Notes: generated by a model not told the origin, from the letters alone. A stretch of 64,000 bases of DNA from an uncultured Gammaproteobacteria bacterium (GCA_963706895.1 CAVPNV010000009.1:116056-180055); one strand, 5' to 3'. Positions 38,421 to 53,374 are shown, counted from the first letter of the stretch. Translations and numbers: made by a program.

Positions 38421-39776
38421 CGCAGGCTCGTCGGCAATCATCCAGCGCAGGAGCTCCGCATAGGTCTGCACGTTGCGGACGAAGCCGACGGGCTCCCAGC
38501 CGCGCGCGTAGCCGCGCTTCAAAGTCGTGAAGTACCGCTCCTGCGCCAGCAGTGGCAGGTTCGCGCGCACGTCGGTCCAGCTGTCGGGATTCTGGCCTCG
38601 ACGCTGCGTCAGGATGCGCGCGTCCTCGAGGTGGCCATAGCCGACGTTGTACGCGGCGAGCGTGAGCCAGGTGCGGTCGGGCTCCGGGATACGCGCCGGG
38701 ATCGTCTTCTCGACCAGCGCTGAAATACGCGCGCCGCCGCAGGATGCTCTCGCGCGGGTCATTGCGGTCGCGAACGCCGACGCGCCGCGCCGTTTCGGCG
38801 GTCAGCATCATGAGGCCCTGCACGCCGGTCGGCGAGATCGCAGCTTCGTCCCAGCGCGACTCCTGGTAGCCGATGGCGGCGAGCAGCCGCCAGTCGATGC
38901 CAGTCTCTGCGGCGGCCTCCTGGAACCACGCCTGGTAGCGTGGCAGTCGTTCGCGCACGCCGGCGACGAAGTTGGCTGCATCGACGCGGTCGAACCGGAC
39001 CAGCGCTCGCCGATTGCGCTCCAGGATATCGGCCAGGCGGCCGTTCGGCTCCGATCTCCGCGAAGAAGCGCTGCGACTTCTGGCAGCAGGTCCTCGCCGT
39101 GCGGGGAGAGCGCCCAGGCGACGGCCTCGGATTCCGCGAGCTTGAATGCCGGGCGCAGGTCCGGGTGAAAATGCCGGCCGAGCGAGAATTCGATCGAGTC
39201 GGCGACCGTGACGTCGGCGTTGCCCTCGCGACGCTGCGCGAGCAGGTCGAGCGTGTCGCCGCCCTTGACCTCGGTCCAGTTCAGAGCCCGGCGCCTGCTG
39301 CGCGAGCCTGGCGAGGGCTGCGTCGCGTGGGCTGAATTGCGCATGCACCACGATGCGCCTGCCGATCAGGTCGGCCGGCGTCTTCGGCAAGTCTGTCCTG
39401 CACGCCGGTAGACGACGTGCTGATCGATGCGCTGGAACACAGGCCCGAAGCGGACGCGATCACTCGCGGTCCCATGCGACAATCAGTCCTGCCGCCGCAA
39501 TGTGCGCGCGGTTATGCGCAACGGCTGCGACGCGGCCGCGGCCGTCCGCACTTGGCGAGCGAGATCTCGAGGCGCACGCCGAGCTGCTCGGCAAATGCCC
39601 TGGCGAGTTCGTATTCCGGGCCTTCGGGTCCCGCCGCTCCTTCGTAGTAGGCGAGGGGACTGTTCCGGGTCGCCACCTTGAGTGACGCCGAGCGCGCGGA
39701 TCTGCTCGAGGCTGCCGGGCATGCGCGAGCACGTGCCGATCATGAGCGCGACGAGCGAGGATTGCGGGAATGCCAA
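38388..39776 (-). CDS. mltF: Membrane-bound lytic murein transglycosylase F-like protein (SBP-like domain + SLT domain). At least 6 frame shifts.
   Basis: Lipoprotein-like N-terminus LVALMIGTC. An amino-acid-binding-protein-like domain. SLT catalytic block IGYQESRWDEAAISPTGVQGLMMLT and AAYNVGYGHLEDAR. Confidence 0.75.
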
Positions 39777-39888
39777 ACCGGCTGCGAAGTCGCCGCCAGG
39801 GCAACCCGGCCGGCGCGGTTTCCGGTTCCATTGATGTAGAATACCGTTCCGGATCAGCCCGCTGTGACGGGTCGCCGGAATCCTGCAC

Positions 39889-39984
<96 letters not shown>

Positions 39985-40005
39985 CTTCCTCGCTACACTG
40001 ATTTC

Positions 40006-42479
40006 ATGGCCGCGACCTGCCGCTGCAGCCCGGCCACCGGAACCGCATCGTCGGCGCGGGAAACCTCGCTGCTGCGCTGGGTCTGGCGACGCTACGTCCG
40101 CAATGCCCTGGTTCCGCTGCTGGTCGTCGAGCTCCTGCTCGTCGCTGTCTACCTGACCAGCCACGCGTGGTCGCTGCGCAGGAACGTCGCCGCCCTGACC
40201 GAGGTCGCGCGCCAGGAATTGTCGCGCATCGCGGAGCGACGAATCGGCCGTCATCGATCAGCAGCTCGGCCAGGTCGCGGCGCTCACTGAGGTGCTGCGC
40301 CGCCAGGCGGGGCTGCGCTTGCATCGCCGGCGCCTCGTGCGCGGGACCGGCCGCGCCTGCGCCTGCAGCCGACCGGCGCATTGACCACGACTGGAGCGAC
40401 GACGGCGGCGCCGCCGTGTACTGGTCTGCCCGGACCGCGAAGGGGCCCGCCGAATTCGAGCGACTCGAGCGGCTGGCCACGGTCGATCCACTGTTGCGCG
40501 ACATCACGCTCGCCAATCCCCTGATCGTCCAGGCTTACCTGAATACGCACGATTCGCTGAACCGGATCTGGCCATGGATCGACTGCGGCCTCGGTGTTAC
40601 GATCCGGGCATGAACATCCCGGAGTTCAATTTCTACTACGAGGCGGACGCCGACCACAACCCGACCCGCGTCGGTCGTCTGGACGGACGCCTACGTCGAT
40701 CCGGCCGGCAAGGGCTGGCTGGTCTCGGCGATCGCGCCCGTCTATCGCGGAGACTTTCTCGAGGCCGTGGTCGGCGCCGACGTTACGGTCGATCGCATCG
40801 TCGCGGACGTGCTTGAGCCAGGACATTCCCTGGCAGGGCTTCCTGCTGCTGATCGGCAAGTCCGGGACGCTGCTCGCGCTGCCGCCGCAGGGCGAGGCGC
40901 CTGTTCAAGCTGCGGGAACTCACCGCGCATGACTACGTCGACGCGATCCGGGCCGATACGTTCAAGCCCGAGGAGTTCAACGTCTATCGGCGCGGCCGAT
41001 TTCGCGGAGATCGGCGAAGCTGATCAAGGCCCAGCCGTCCGGAAGCGGACGGATGGACGGCGTCGGCCGCATCTCGTCGCATGGCAGACCATTCCCGTCC
41101 GTCGGCTGGAAACTGATGAGCCTCGTGCCGGAAGCGGCGGTGTTCGGGCCATCGCGCGCGCTGAACCGCGACCTCGCCAGGCGTCGGCTGGGTGATGCTG
41201 GCGGGCCTCGCCGGCTTCTATCGTGGTTTTCTTCACATTCCTTTACCGCCGTGCGCGCTATCGTGAGCCGGTCGATCGCCGAGCCGCTCGCGCAGATCGA
41301 GCGCATGGCGCATCGCATCGCCGTCGGCGAGTACGAGCAGGCTATCGCCCGAGTTCGGCGTCAGCGAATTCCGCCACACGGTCGGCGAGCTGCAGCAGCA
41401 TGGGCCGCCTGCTCGGCGACTCCAACCGCGCCCGTGAGGACGGCGGAGGCGCGCCTCACCGAGCGCAACGAGGAATTGTCCAGCGATCCTCAGCCTGTCG
41501 CCGGATGGCCTGGTTTCCTTCGACTGCGGCGGGCTGGTGACGGAGACCAATCCGGCGTTCCTCGCGCAGACTGGCTGGACGCGCGACGGCTTGATCGGTC
41601 TGCTCGCGGACCGCATTCTGGGCGCGGCTCGGCGAACTCGGGACAGCAGCCACGGAGCGAACCGCAGCCGGGCTGGCGCCGATCCTGCGGCTTCAGCGTC
41701 CGCGGCCGTCGTGCTGGAGTGCAGGGTGGTCGGCGCGCCGGCCGGCGCGCAAGTCGCGTATTTCCGCGACATCACGCGTGCCGACGAGCTCGACCGCGCC
41801 AAGAGCCGGTTCGTCGCGACCGCCGCCCACGAATTGCGCACGCCGATCGCCGTGATCACGGGCTATGCCGAGTTCCTGCAGTCAAGCGATCCGCCGCGCG
41901 GCCAGCGCGGCGAGATCCTCGCCACGATGCGGCGCCACGGCGACCAGATTGCCGGCATCGTCTCGGAACTGCTGGACCTCGCGCGCATCGAGGCGCGCGC
42001 CGGCCGCGATTTCACCATGATCCGCCAGCCCCTGGCGCCCGCAGTCCGCGCGTTACATCGAGTCGTTCCGAGGATCGGCGAATACGCGCGCGTGCCGACG
42101 CTCGAGGGCGACATCGGCGACGCCGAGGTTTTCGTGGACGCCGACAAGTTCTGCCAGGCGCTCGGCAACGTCATCGCGAACGCCTGCAAGTATTCGCCGC
42201 CGGGAGCGCCCGATTGCGGTGCGCCTGGTTGCCGTGGGCAATGAAGTCGGCGTGCGCGTGGAGGACCGGGGCGAAGGCATGGACGAGGAAACGCAGCGGC
42301 GCATCTTCGAGCGTTTCTTCCGTGCCGAAGGAATGGCCACCGTCGCCGGCACCGGCCTTGGCATGAGCATCGTCAAGGAGATACTGGACATCCATGGCGG
42401 ACGCATTGAGATCGTGAGCGCACCGGGCGTTGGAACGGCCGTGACGCTCTGGCTGCCGCGTGCGGCGCCGCGCGGTTGA
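40006..42479 (+). CDS. Sensor histidine kinase (TM + Cache-like periplasmic domain + HAMP + PAS + HisKA + HATPase). At least 10 frame shifts.
   Basis: TM LVPLLVVELLLVAVYL. Cache-like pieces (PLIVQAYLNTHDSLNRIWPW, NIPEFNFYYEADADHNP, GKGWLVSAIAPVY, VVGADVTVDRIVADVL). H-box FVATAAHELRTPIAVITGY. N/G boxes ALGNVIANACKYSPPG, VEDRGEGMD, GTGLGMSIVKEILDIHGG. Confidence 0.8.
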
Positions 42480-42524
42480 CGCTCTGTGGATGCGACCGTA
42501 CGATGCCCGGCCCCGGTTTTCCAT

Positions 42525-42639
<115 letters not shown>

Positions 42640-42688
42640 AGCCGGCGCGCGGATGCGCGATGATGGCCGGCCGGCCGAAAGGATATCG

Positions 42689-44251
42689 ATGAGCTACCTC
42701 GTCCTCGCCCGCAAGTGGCGTCCCCGCAACTTCGCCGAGCTGGTCGGCCAGGAGCACGTGCGCCAGGCGCTCGTCAACGCGCTGGATTCGGGCCGCGTCC
42801 ACCACGCCTTCCTGTTCACGGGCACGCGCGGCGTCGGCAAGACGACGATCGCGCGCATCCTCGCCAGGGCGCTCAATTGCGAGCGCGGCGTCAGTTCCGC
42901 AGCCTTGCGGCGAATGCGGCGCCTGCCGCGAGATCGACGAGGGCCGCTTCGTCGACCTGATCGAGGTCGACGCCGCCTCCCGCACCAAGGTGGACGACAC
43001 GCGCGAACTGCTCGAGAACGTGCAGTACCTGCCGACGCGCGGCCGCTTCAAGGTCTACCTGATCGACGAAGTGCACATGCTGTCGGCGCATTCCTTCAAC
43101 GCGCTGCTGAAGACGCTCGAAGAACCGCCGCCGCACGTCAAGTTCCTGCTCGCGACCACCGATCCGCAGAAGCTGCCGGTGACCGTGCTGTCGCGCTGCC
43201 TGCAGTTCAACCTGAAGCGGCTGCCGGCGTCGCTGATCGCGGCGCGGCTGCCAGCACATCCTCGGCGCCGAGGGCGTTGCCTTCGAGCCGGCGGCCGTCA
43301 CTGCTGCTCGCGCGCGCGGCCGACGGGAGCCTGCGCGATGCGCTCTCGCTGCTCGACCAGATGCTCGCCTTCGGCGGTGGCCGCGTGACCGAGGCCGACG
43401 CGCGCTCGATGCTCGGCACGGTGGACCGGCAACAGGTCGTGCGGCTCGTCGAGCGCCTTGCGGACCGCGATGCGCCGCGGCCTGTTCGAAGCCGTTGCGG
43501 CCATCGACGAGTACGCGCCGGACTACGGCCAGCTGCTCGACGAAATCGCCGCATTGCTGCAGAAGGTCGCCTTGCGCCAGGCCGTGCCAGGACTCGCAGA
43601 CGACGAGGTCCATCCGGCCGAGACGCTCGCGGCGCTTGGCGAGCGCGATGTCCGCAGAGGACCTGCAGCTCGCATTCCAGATTCGCGATCCTGGGCCGGC
43701 GCGACCTGGACCTTGCGCCCGACCCGCGCAGCGGATTCGAAATGACCCTGCTGCGGATGCTCGCATTCCGTCCCGCAGGCCGTCGGCGGCGGACCGAGGC
43801 GCGGCAGCCGGCAGCCGGCCGGCGACCACGGCCGCGTCATGCCCGTCGCCCGGCCTTGGCCGCGCCGCCTCGACGGAAGGCGACTGGCCGACATTGCTCG
43901 TCCCGCCTCGAGCTCAAGGGTCCTGCGCGGCAGCTCGCGGGAAATTGCCAGCTGCTCGCACGCGAGGGCAACCATTTCCGGTTCCTGCTGGACGACCGCG
44001 CGCGCGCGCTGCACACGCGGCAGCTGGAGGACCGGTTCACGCAGGCGCTGCGGCAGCTTGTCGGCGCGGCAGCGACCGTCGAAATCGAGCAGGGCGGGGC
44101 GGGCGACACGCCCGCGCGCCGCGAGGAACAGGCCCGCGACGAGCGGCTCGAGAAGGCGCGCGCCGCGCTCGAGCGCGATCCCAACGTGCAGTCGCTGCGC
44201 GACCGTTTCGGCGCGGTGCTGCAGCCGGATTCGATCAAGCCGGTCGGGTAG
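42689..44251 (+). CDS. dnaX: DNA polymerase III subunits gamma/tau, DnaX. At least 4 frame shifts.
   Basis: [29 protein letters not shown], zinc module region, [32 protein letters not shown]-terminus ...[18 protein letters not shown]. Confidence 0.9.
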   Translation: MSYLVLARKWRPRNFAELVGQEHVRQALVNALDSGRVHHAFLFTGTRGVGKTTIARILARALNCERGVSSAALRRMRRLPRDRRGPLRRPDRGRRRLPHQGGRHARTARERAVPADARPLQGLPDRRSAHAVGAFLQRAAEDARRTAAARQVPARDHRSAEAAGDRAVALPAVQPEAAAGVADRGAAASTSSAPRALPSSRRPSLLLARAADGSLRDALSLLDQMLAFGGGRVTEADARSMLGTVDRQQVVRLVERLADRDAPRPVRSRCGHRRVRAGLRPAARRNRRIAAEGRLAPGRARTRRRRGPSGRDARGAWRARCPQRTCSSHSRFAILGRRDLDLAPDPRSGFEMTLLRMLAFRPAGRRRRTEARQPAAGRRPRPRHARRPALAAPPRRKATGRHCSSRLELKGPARQLAGNCQLLAREGNHFRFLLDDRARALHTRQLEDRFTQALRQLVGAAATVEIEQGGAGDTPARREEQARDERLEKARAALERDPNVQSLRDRFGAVLQPDSIKPVG

Positions 44252-44260
44252 AATGAGTGC

Positions 44261-44585
44261 ATGAAACCGGATCTCGGCAAGCTCATGCGCCAGGCGCAGC
44301 AGCTGCAGGCGAACATGCAGAAGGCGCAGGAGCAGCTGCGGCGCCCTCGAAGTCACCGGCGAGTCGGGCGGCGGCATGGTCAAGGTCGTCATGAACGGAC
44401 GTCACGAAGTCAGGCGCGTCCAGATCGACCCGACGGTCGCGAGCGCCGACCGCGAGATGCTCGAGGACCTCGTCGCTGCGGCCTGCAATGATGCAACCCG
44501 GCGGGTCGGCGAGGCCGTCCAGCAGCACATGGCCGGCGCGATGGGCGGCATGCAGTTGCCGCCGGGCATGAAGCTGCCGTTCTGA
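44261..44585 (+). CDS. ybaB: Nucleoid-associated protein YbaB/EbfC. One frame shift near 44340.
   Basis: [26 protein letters not shown], then ORF 44376..44585 ([18 protein letters not shown]...[12 protein letters not shown]...MKLPF*). dnaX-ybaB-recR order. Confidence 0.9.
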
Positions 44586-44595
44586 CGGCGCAGCC

Positions 44596-45196
44596 GTGAA
44601 GTATTCCCCGGGACTCGCCCGCCTCATCGAGGCCCTGCGCGTACTGCCGGGCGTCGGCCCGAAGTCGGCCCAGCGCATGGCGTTTCACCTGCTCGAGCGA
44701 AATCGCGAAGGCGGCCGTGCGCTCGCGCGCGCCCTCGAGGATGCCGCTGCGAACGTGGTGCACTGCCGCCGCTGCCGCATGTTGACGGACGGCGAGCTGT
44801 GCGAAATCTGCTCTGCGCCGCAAGCGCGACGCCTCGGCGCTTTGCATCGTCGAATCGCCCGCCGACGTCGTCGCGGTCGAACAGTCGGGCGGTTACGGCG
44901 GCCGTTACTTTGTCCTGATGGGCCACCTGTCGCCGCTCGACGGCATCGGGCCGGAACAGCTGGGATTCGACCGGCTGGAAGCGCTGCTCGCCGAGGGCGA
45001 GGTCACGGAAGTGATCCTCGCGACCAACCCGACGGTGGAGGGCGAGGCGACCGCGCACTTCATCGGCGAACTGGTCGCGCGCCGTGGCATACGCGCCTCA
45101 CGAATCGCACACGGCGTGCCCGTCGGCGGCGAGCTCGAATACGTGGATGGCGGCACGCTCGCGCACGCGCTCGCCGGGCGCCAGATCATCGCCTGA
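44596..45196 (+). CDS. recR: Recombination protein RecR. About 2 frame shifts.
   Basis: [17 protein letters not shown] (HhH), zinc finger [18 protein letters not shown]. Toprim part in ORF 44918..45196 ([18 protein letters not shown]...[13 protein letters not shown]). Confidence 0.9.
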
Positions 45197-46128
45197 GGCG
45201 GGGCGGGGCGCGCGACGCGAGGTCCTCTGCAAGGTCCAGCAGGCGGCGATAGCTTTCGAGCCGGCGAGTCGAGATGCGTCCAGCCGAGCATGCTTCCGCC
45301 ACCGCGCAGCCTGGCTCGCGGCGGTGCAGGCAATCCCTGAACCGGCAACTCGCCGCGGCACCGCAGATCTCGCGGTAGCCGCCCGCGATCTCGCGCGATG
45401 GCGGCAGCGGCGGCGAGAAATCGCGCACGCCCGGCGAATCGATCAATTCCCCGCCGGAAGGCAGCGCATACAGCGAAGCAGTGCTGGTCGTGTGGCGGCC
45501 GCTTTCGCTCGCGCGCGAGACTTCGTCGACCGTTGCCTCGACGCCGGGAATGAGCCGGTTCGTCAGCGAACTCTTGCCGACACCGGACTGGCCGACGAGA
45601 ACGCTTGTCTCGCCTGCGAGCCGCGCCCGGAGCGCGTCGACGCCATCGGCGAGCCGCTTGCTCGCGCGGAGGATCGTGTAACCGATGCGAACGTAGTCCT
45701 CCAGGGCGGGCGCGAGCGCCCCGGACACATCGTCCAGGTCGGATTTGTTTGCGACGATGCAGGCCGCGAGGCCATTCCATGCGGCCGCTGCGAGATATCG
45801 GTCGCAGAGGCCGAAATCAGGCGCCGGCATCGAGGCGACGACGGCGACGAGTTGTGTGAGGTTGGCGGCGACGGGTTCGGCTGTACCCCGCGAGTCGATG
45901 CGGGCCAGCAGGTTTGTACGCGGCAGCACCTCCACGATGATGTCCGGCGCCTGCCTCGGTGTTTGCGGGTGTCCAGTGCACGTGATCGCCGCAGACGACT
46001 GCGAGGCGGCGTCCCTGCAGCCGGCAATGGATTCGCCGGCCCGCATCGTCCGTGATGCTTGCGTCCCGCCCATGACTCGCGACGACGCGCCCTGCGAGCA
46101 GCGGACCGGACTCCCGACCGGAGTTCAT
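45186..46128 (-). CDS. rsgA: Ribosome small-subunit-dependent GTPase RsgA. One frame shift near 45950.
   Basis: N-terminal OB part [39 protein letters not shown] (frame of ORF 45817..46698). Then ORF 45186..46073: [20 protein letters not shown], zinc knuckle [16 protein letters not shown]. Confidence 0.85.
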
Positions 46129-47377
46129 CCGACGCGTTCCGGAGCGAGCCGCGCAATGCGCGCGAGCGCCGGTGGGTGGGAGGCGTGGAACGCGGTGTAG
46201 AGCGGATCGGGCGTAAGCGTCGTCGCGTTGTCCCGATAGAGCTTGACCAGGGCGTCGGCGAGCGCACCGTGCGTCGGCGTGGGTCGCGGCGTAACGGTCG
46301 GCAGCGAATTCGTGACGTCGCGACAGCCAGGCGAACAGCGGACGCAACGGCAGGAGAAAGACGGGGATTGCCAGAACGAACAGCAGCAGGAGCGTATGCG
46401 GGCCGCCGGACGGCGACTCCGAGCGCGGGCTGGAACCATGCCTGTCGCGCGAGCCACGCGAGAAGGGCAAAGCCGGCGAGCGACGCCGCGAGGGATCCCG
46501 CGAGCCGGAGTGCGACATGGTGCAGCCGGAAATGGCCGAGCTCGTGCGCGAGTACGGCCTGCAATTCCGGGATTGCCAGGGACTCGACCAGGGTGTCGAA
46601 AAATACGATCCGCTTGGTGCGGCCAAACCCCGTGAAGTAGGCGTTGCCATGCGTGCTGCGTTTCGACCCGTCCATGACGAACACGCCGCTCGGCTCAAAG
46701 CCGCAGCGGCGGGCGAGCGACTCGACGGCCTCGCGGAGAGTGCCCGCTTCGAGTTCCCTGAAGCGGTTGAAGAGCGGAGCGATCAGCCGCGGCCAGGCCC
46801 AGCCGAGGACGATCGAGAACGCCGCCCAGGCGCCCCACGCCCAGATCCACCAGGCCGCGCCGGCGCGCGGCATCAGCCACAGCAGCAGGAACGCGAGCGG
46901 AAGCAGGAGCAGGGCGCCGATCGCGAGGCCTTTCAGCGTGTCCACCGCGAACAATGCGGGCGTGGTGCGATTGAACCCGAACCGCGACTCGATGCGGAAC
47001 GTGCGCCAGGCTTCGAATGGCAAGCCTGCAATCGTCGTGACGAGGAACACCACGGCGACTGTCGCCACCTGGGCTGGCAAGCCCGCCGAGTCCGCTCCCC
47101 GTGATCCACGCGTCGATCGATGCAATGCCGCCAGCCGAGCGTCAGGGCGAGCAGCAATGCCGCGCCGGCGACGCGCTCGACGATCGCGAGGCGGGTCTGC
47201 GCAATCGTGTAGTCGGCCGCGCGGGCATGCGCCGCGGCGTCGACTGCCGCGGCGAACGGTGGCGGCACGCGATCGCGGTGCGCGTCGACTGCGCGCGCCT
47301 GCCGGCGGAGCAGCCAGAGTTGCGATGCGAGTCCGCCGGACAAGCGCGACGAGGAAAAGGAGCGTTAAGGAATGCAT
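46125..47377 (-). CDS. M48 family (Ste24-like) zinc metallopeptidase. At least 5 frame shifts.
   Basis: Multi-TM N-terminus. FNRFRELEAGTLREAVESLARRCGF, MDGSKRSTHGNAYFTGFGRTKRIVFFDTL, HExxH in LAHELGHFRLHH. C-terminus ...ALVKLYRDNATTLTPDPLYTAFHASHPPALARI. The stop overlaps the rsgA ATG (ATGA). Confidence 0.8.
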
Positions 47378-47425
47378 GGCGTGCGGGCGAGGGGCACTCT
47401 AGCCTCTGGTAAGATCACCGGCAAC

Positions 47426-47990
47426 ATGGCGCAGCGACGAACGGCTGATCTGGATCGACCTCGAGATGACCGGGCTCGTTCCCGAGCGCGACCGGATCAT
47501 CGAGATCGCGACCGTCGTGACCGACGGCGACCTCGCGGTGATCGCCGAGGGCCCGGTGATCGCCGTGCGACAGGCCGAGGCGACGCTCGCCGCGATGGAC
47601 GAATGGAACACGCGCACGCATGGCGCGAGCGGCCTTCGCGCGCGCGTGCTCGCGAGCCGAGCCGACGAGGCGGCGGCCGAGCGCTCGACACTCGAGTTCC
47701 TCGCGCAGCACGTCGGCTCGAACCGCTCGCCGATGTGCGGCAACAGCGTCTGCCAGGACCGCCGATTCCTCGCGCGCTGGATGCCGGAGCTCGAGCGCTA
47801 CTTCCATTACCGGAACCTCGACGTCAGCACGCTCAAGGAGCTGGCGCGACGCTGGGCACCCGAAGTCGCGGCGGGCGTCGCCAAGGAATCGCGCCACACG
47901 GCGCTCGCGGACGTGCACGAATCGATCGCGGAACTGCGCCATTACCGCGGCGCGCTCCTGGCCGCGCCATGGAACGCGCCGCGGACCTGA
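47426..47990 (+). CDS. orn: Oligoribonuclease Orn. One frame shift within the first ~5 codons.
   Basis: [13 protein letters not shown] read by eye, then ORF 47466..47990: [35 protein letters not shown] (DEDDh exonuclease motifs). Confidence 0.9.
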
Positions 47991-48315
47991 GCGACGCCGC
48001 GCCGCGTCTGGCATGCCGGCGGCTGCCACTGCGGCCGCGTGCGCATCGAGGTGCTCGCGCCGCGCAGAACTCGAGCTGCTCGAGTGCAACTGCTCGATGT
48101 GCGACCGCTCCGGCTTACTTGCACCTGATCGTCGCGCCAGGACGAATTCCGCCTGCTGTCGGGCGCCGACGATCTCGTCGAATACAGCTTCGGCACGGGC
48201 GTCGCGAAACACCGCTTCTGCCGCCACTGCGGCGTCAAGTCGTTCTACGTCCCGCGCTCGCACCCCGACGGCTACAGCGTCAACGCCCGCTGCCTCGATC
48301 CCGTCGACGATCGCT

Positions 48316-50842
<2,527 letters not shown>

Positions 50843-50930
50843 GCGCGATCCTCGCTCGTTCCGCACCTGTTACGATCAGCCGCGCGGCGTCGGGCCGCGA
50901 GGGCCGCGACGGCCAACGGAATCATCCGCC

Positions 50931-51762
50931 ATGAAGCAGCGACGAACCGTCTTCTTCGTGTCCGACCAGACCGGCGTCACCGCCGAGACGATGGGACACA
51001 GCCTGCTGACGCAGTTCGACGGCATGGATTTCAGGCCGGTCACTTTGCCATTCATCTCCACCGTTGACAAGGCGCGCGAAGCGGTCGCGAAGATCGACCA
51101 GGCCGGCCGCGAGGAGGGCAGCGCGCCCGATCGTGTTCGCGACGCTCGTCAACAACGAGGTGCGCGACGCCCTCAAGCAGGCGGGCTGCCTGTTCCTCGA
51201 TTTCTTTGACGCGTTTCTCGGTCCGCTGGAGCAGGAGCTCGAGCCAGCCGTCGGCCCACGTGCTGGGCCGGGCGCACGGCATGGCGGACCTCAATGCGTA
51301 CACGATGCGCATCAATGCGACGAACTTCGCACTTGCCAACGACGACGGCGCCCAGACGCGCGACTACGATCGCGCGGACGTGATCCTCATCGGGGTTTCG
51401 CGCTCGGGCAAGACGCCGACCTGCGTGTACATGGCGCTGCAATACGGCGCTTTTGCCGCCAATTACCCGCTGACCGAGGACGACCTCGAGGGCCTGCCAG
51501 GCTGCCCGCCGTGGTCGAGCCCTACCGCAGGAAGCTGTTCGGCCTCACGATCGAGCCGGCCCGACTGCAGCAGATCCGGCAGGAGCGCCGGCCCGACAGC
51601 CGTTATGCGTCCGCGCAGCAGTGCGCATTCGAGGTGCGCGCCGCCGAGCAGCTGTTGGACCGCCACGGGATCCCGTACCTCGAAACGACGGACACGTCCA
51701 TCGAGGAGATCGCGAGCCGCGTGCTCGAGCGGCTCGCGATCCCGAGGCGCGTGAGGCCGTGA
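50931..51762 (+). CDS. ppsR: PEP synthase regulatory protein PpsR (bifunctional kinase/pyrophosphorylase, DUF299). About 3 frame shifts.
   Basis: Divergent from pps[22 protein letters not shown]-loop [19 protein letters not shown]-terminus ...[21 protein letters not shown]. Confidence 0.85.
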
Positions 51763-51887
51763 TGGTTTCGTGACCAGGCGCACGATTGCATGCGGGATTT
51801 CGGCCGGAATACCCTGTGATATAGTCAAATCCATGTTGTCGGACAGACCTCTGCACGATCTCCTGGCGCGCGCGGCCACGATCGTTC

Positions 51888-52302
51888 GTGAGCCTGATGA
51901 CGCTCTACGAGAGCAACTTCATCCGCCTCGGCTGGCTGGTGCCGGAACTGCAGGCGGCATGCGCGGATCGATGACCTCCGAGGTCGCGGGCGAGCCCGTG
52001 CTCGAGCTCGTCGGTCGTCGAGCAGTGCCGCTACACGACCGCGCTGCACATGACTTACCTGTTCGGCGAGGGCGAGCGCGGTCGAGCGCGAGCCCGGGCT
52101 CGAGATCCGCGTTTACCACGACGCGCGCCTTGCCGAGGCCTGCGGCACGGGCGCTGCGCCCGCGCATCCGCGGCTGCGCAAGGCTCGTCGCCGAGCGTCG
52201 CCGCCGAACCACGGCAAGCGCTGGTCCTGCAACATGCTGCTGAACAAGTGGCTGGAATACTGCGTCGGCAGCGGCCACCGCTTCGCGGTACCCGCTGCCT
52301 GA
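51888..52302 (+). CDS. DUF1249 (YqiB-like) protein. About 3-4 frame shifts. The start is uncertain: GTG 51888, ATG 51897, or ATG 51833 with an extra shift.
   Basis: Read by eye across frames: LMTLYESNFIRLGWLVPEL, VVEQCRYTTALHMTYLF, EPGLEIRVYHDARLAEA, RWSCNMLLNKWLEYCVGSGHRF. The pattern resembles E. coli YqiB (recalled, not searched). Confidence 0.5.
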
Positions 52303-52312
52303 GCGAAGAGCC

Positions 52313-53354
52313 ATGGCCGTCATGCTTCCGGACAAGTGGTCGCAGCTGAAGCTGCCCTCGATCGGCAAGGCCGATCCTGCGGAGCAGGAGCGGCTGCTCA
52401 AGCTGTTCTGGAACCGCGCCGAGCTCAAGAAGGAGCTGCAGAGCCTCGACGACCAGCTTCACAACCTGCGCAACAAGCTCAAGCAGCAGGAGAACGCGAA
52501 CACGCGCCTGCAGCAGCAGCTCGAGCAGCTCGAGGTGCTGCTCGGGAACTCCGAGCGCGGGCTCGACGCGCTGGTGCATTTCGGGCTCAAGGCGCTGTGG
52601 CGGGCCTGCCGCGAGCAGCTCGAGAAGTTCGCCGCGGAGCTCAAGCGCGAGCGCCAGGATGCGCAGCGCAAGCTGCAGCTGGCGGAGTTCCAGCAGGACC
52701 GCGTCGGAGCGGCTGAAGGTCGCGGACGAGCGCCTGCGCCAGGCGCAGGAAGTCGCGGATGCCGAGCGCGGGCGGCTGCGCGAGATTGCGAGCGGCGCCT
52801 CGGGCAGCTGCAGCGCATTCTGGCATTACTTCAAGCGCCGGACACTGGCGGCGGAGATCCTCGGCGCAGCGCGAGCGCTGCGTCGCGGCGGACGCACCAC
52901 CTCGGCGACATGCGCGAGGCGCACCGCACGATCGAGAAGGAGCCCTGGCCGGAGTTCCCGGGCCTGACGATCGACGGGCGCCGGCTGGTCAACCTCGCGG
53001 TGATCGCCTACGCCCAGCACCTGTTCGCGCGGCTCGCGGTGTCGGGCCTCGCGATGGACGCCCGGCTCGCGAACAACCGCAGCGTCGAGAGCGCCAAGCA
53101 CGGCAACCTCGATGCCTGCCTGTCGCGCCTGCGCGAGATCGCGCAGGCCCTTGCGCTCGTGAATGCGCAGGACGGGCTCGCGGCCGAGATCAAGAAGCGC
53201 GGCGAGAAGATGGCGGCGGCGGCGACCTGGCGCAATGCCAACGAGACCGTGCCGCAGCCTGCCTCGCTGCCTCCTGCGGCGACCGGCGGGAGTGCCGGAC
53301 GCCAACGTCCTCGTGGACGACTACTGGGACGTCTACAAGGTCCTGCTGCGCTGA
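52313..53354 (+). CDS. Uncharacterised protein with an N-terminal coiled coil and a C-terminal globular domain. About 3 frame shifts.
   Basis: ORF 52313..53425 carries heptad-like LKKELQSLDDQLHNLRNKLKQQENANTRLQQQLEQLEVLL. The middle lies in the frame of ORF 52659..52967 (ERLKVADERLRQAQEVADAERGRLREI). The end ...DANVLVDDYWDVYKVLLR* is in ORF 53163..53354. I recognise no family. Confidence 0.45.
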
Positions 53355-53374
53355 ACAGCGGCGCAGCCCCGTCT

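Noticed and set aside
42689-44251. The frame changes in dnaX as the programmed -1 ribosomal frameshift that produces the gamma subunit.
   Set aside because: I saw no A AAA AAG-type slippery heptamer in the gene. The breaks, the first near codon 70 in the ATPase domain, are at positions incompatible with gamma/tau production. The same kind of break occurs in dozens of unrelated genes.
45563-47377. A 604-aa ORF suggesting a much longer M48 peptidase.
   Set aside because: Only roughly the first half matches the peptidase. After a frame shift the real frame moves to ORFs 45817..46698 and 46125..46457. The remaining part of the long ORF is read-through across rsgA in a wrong frame.
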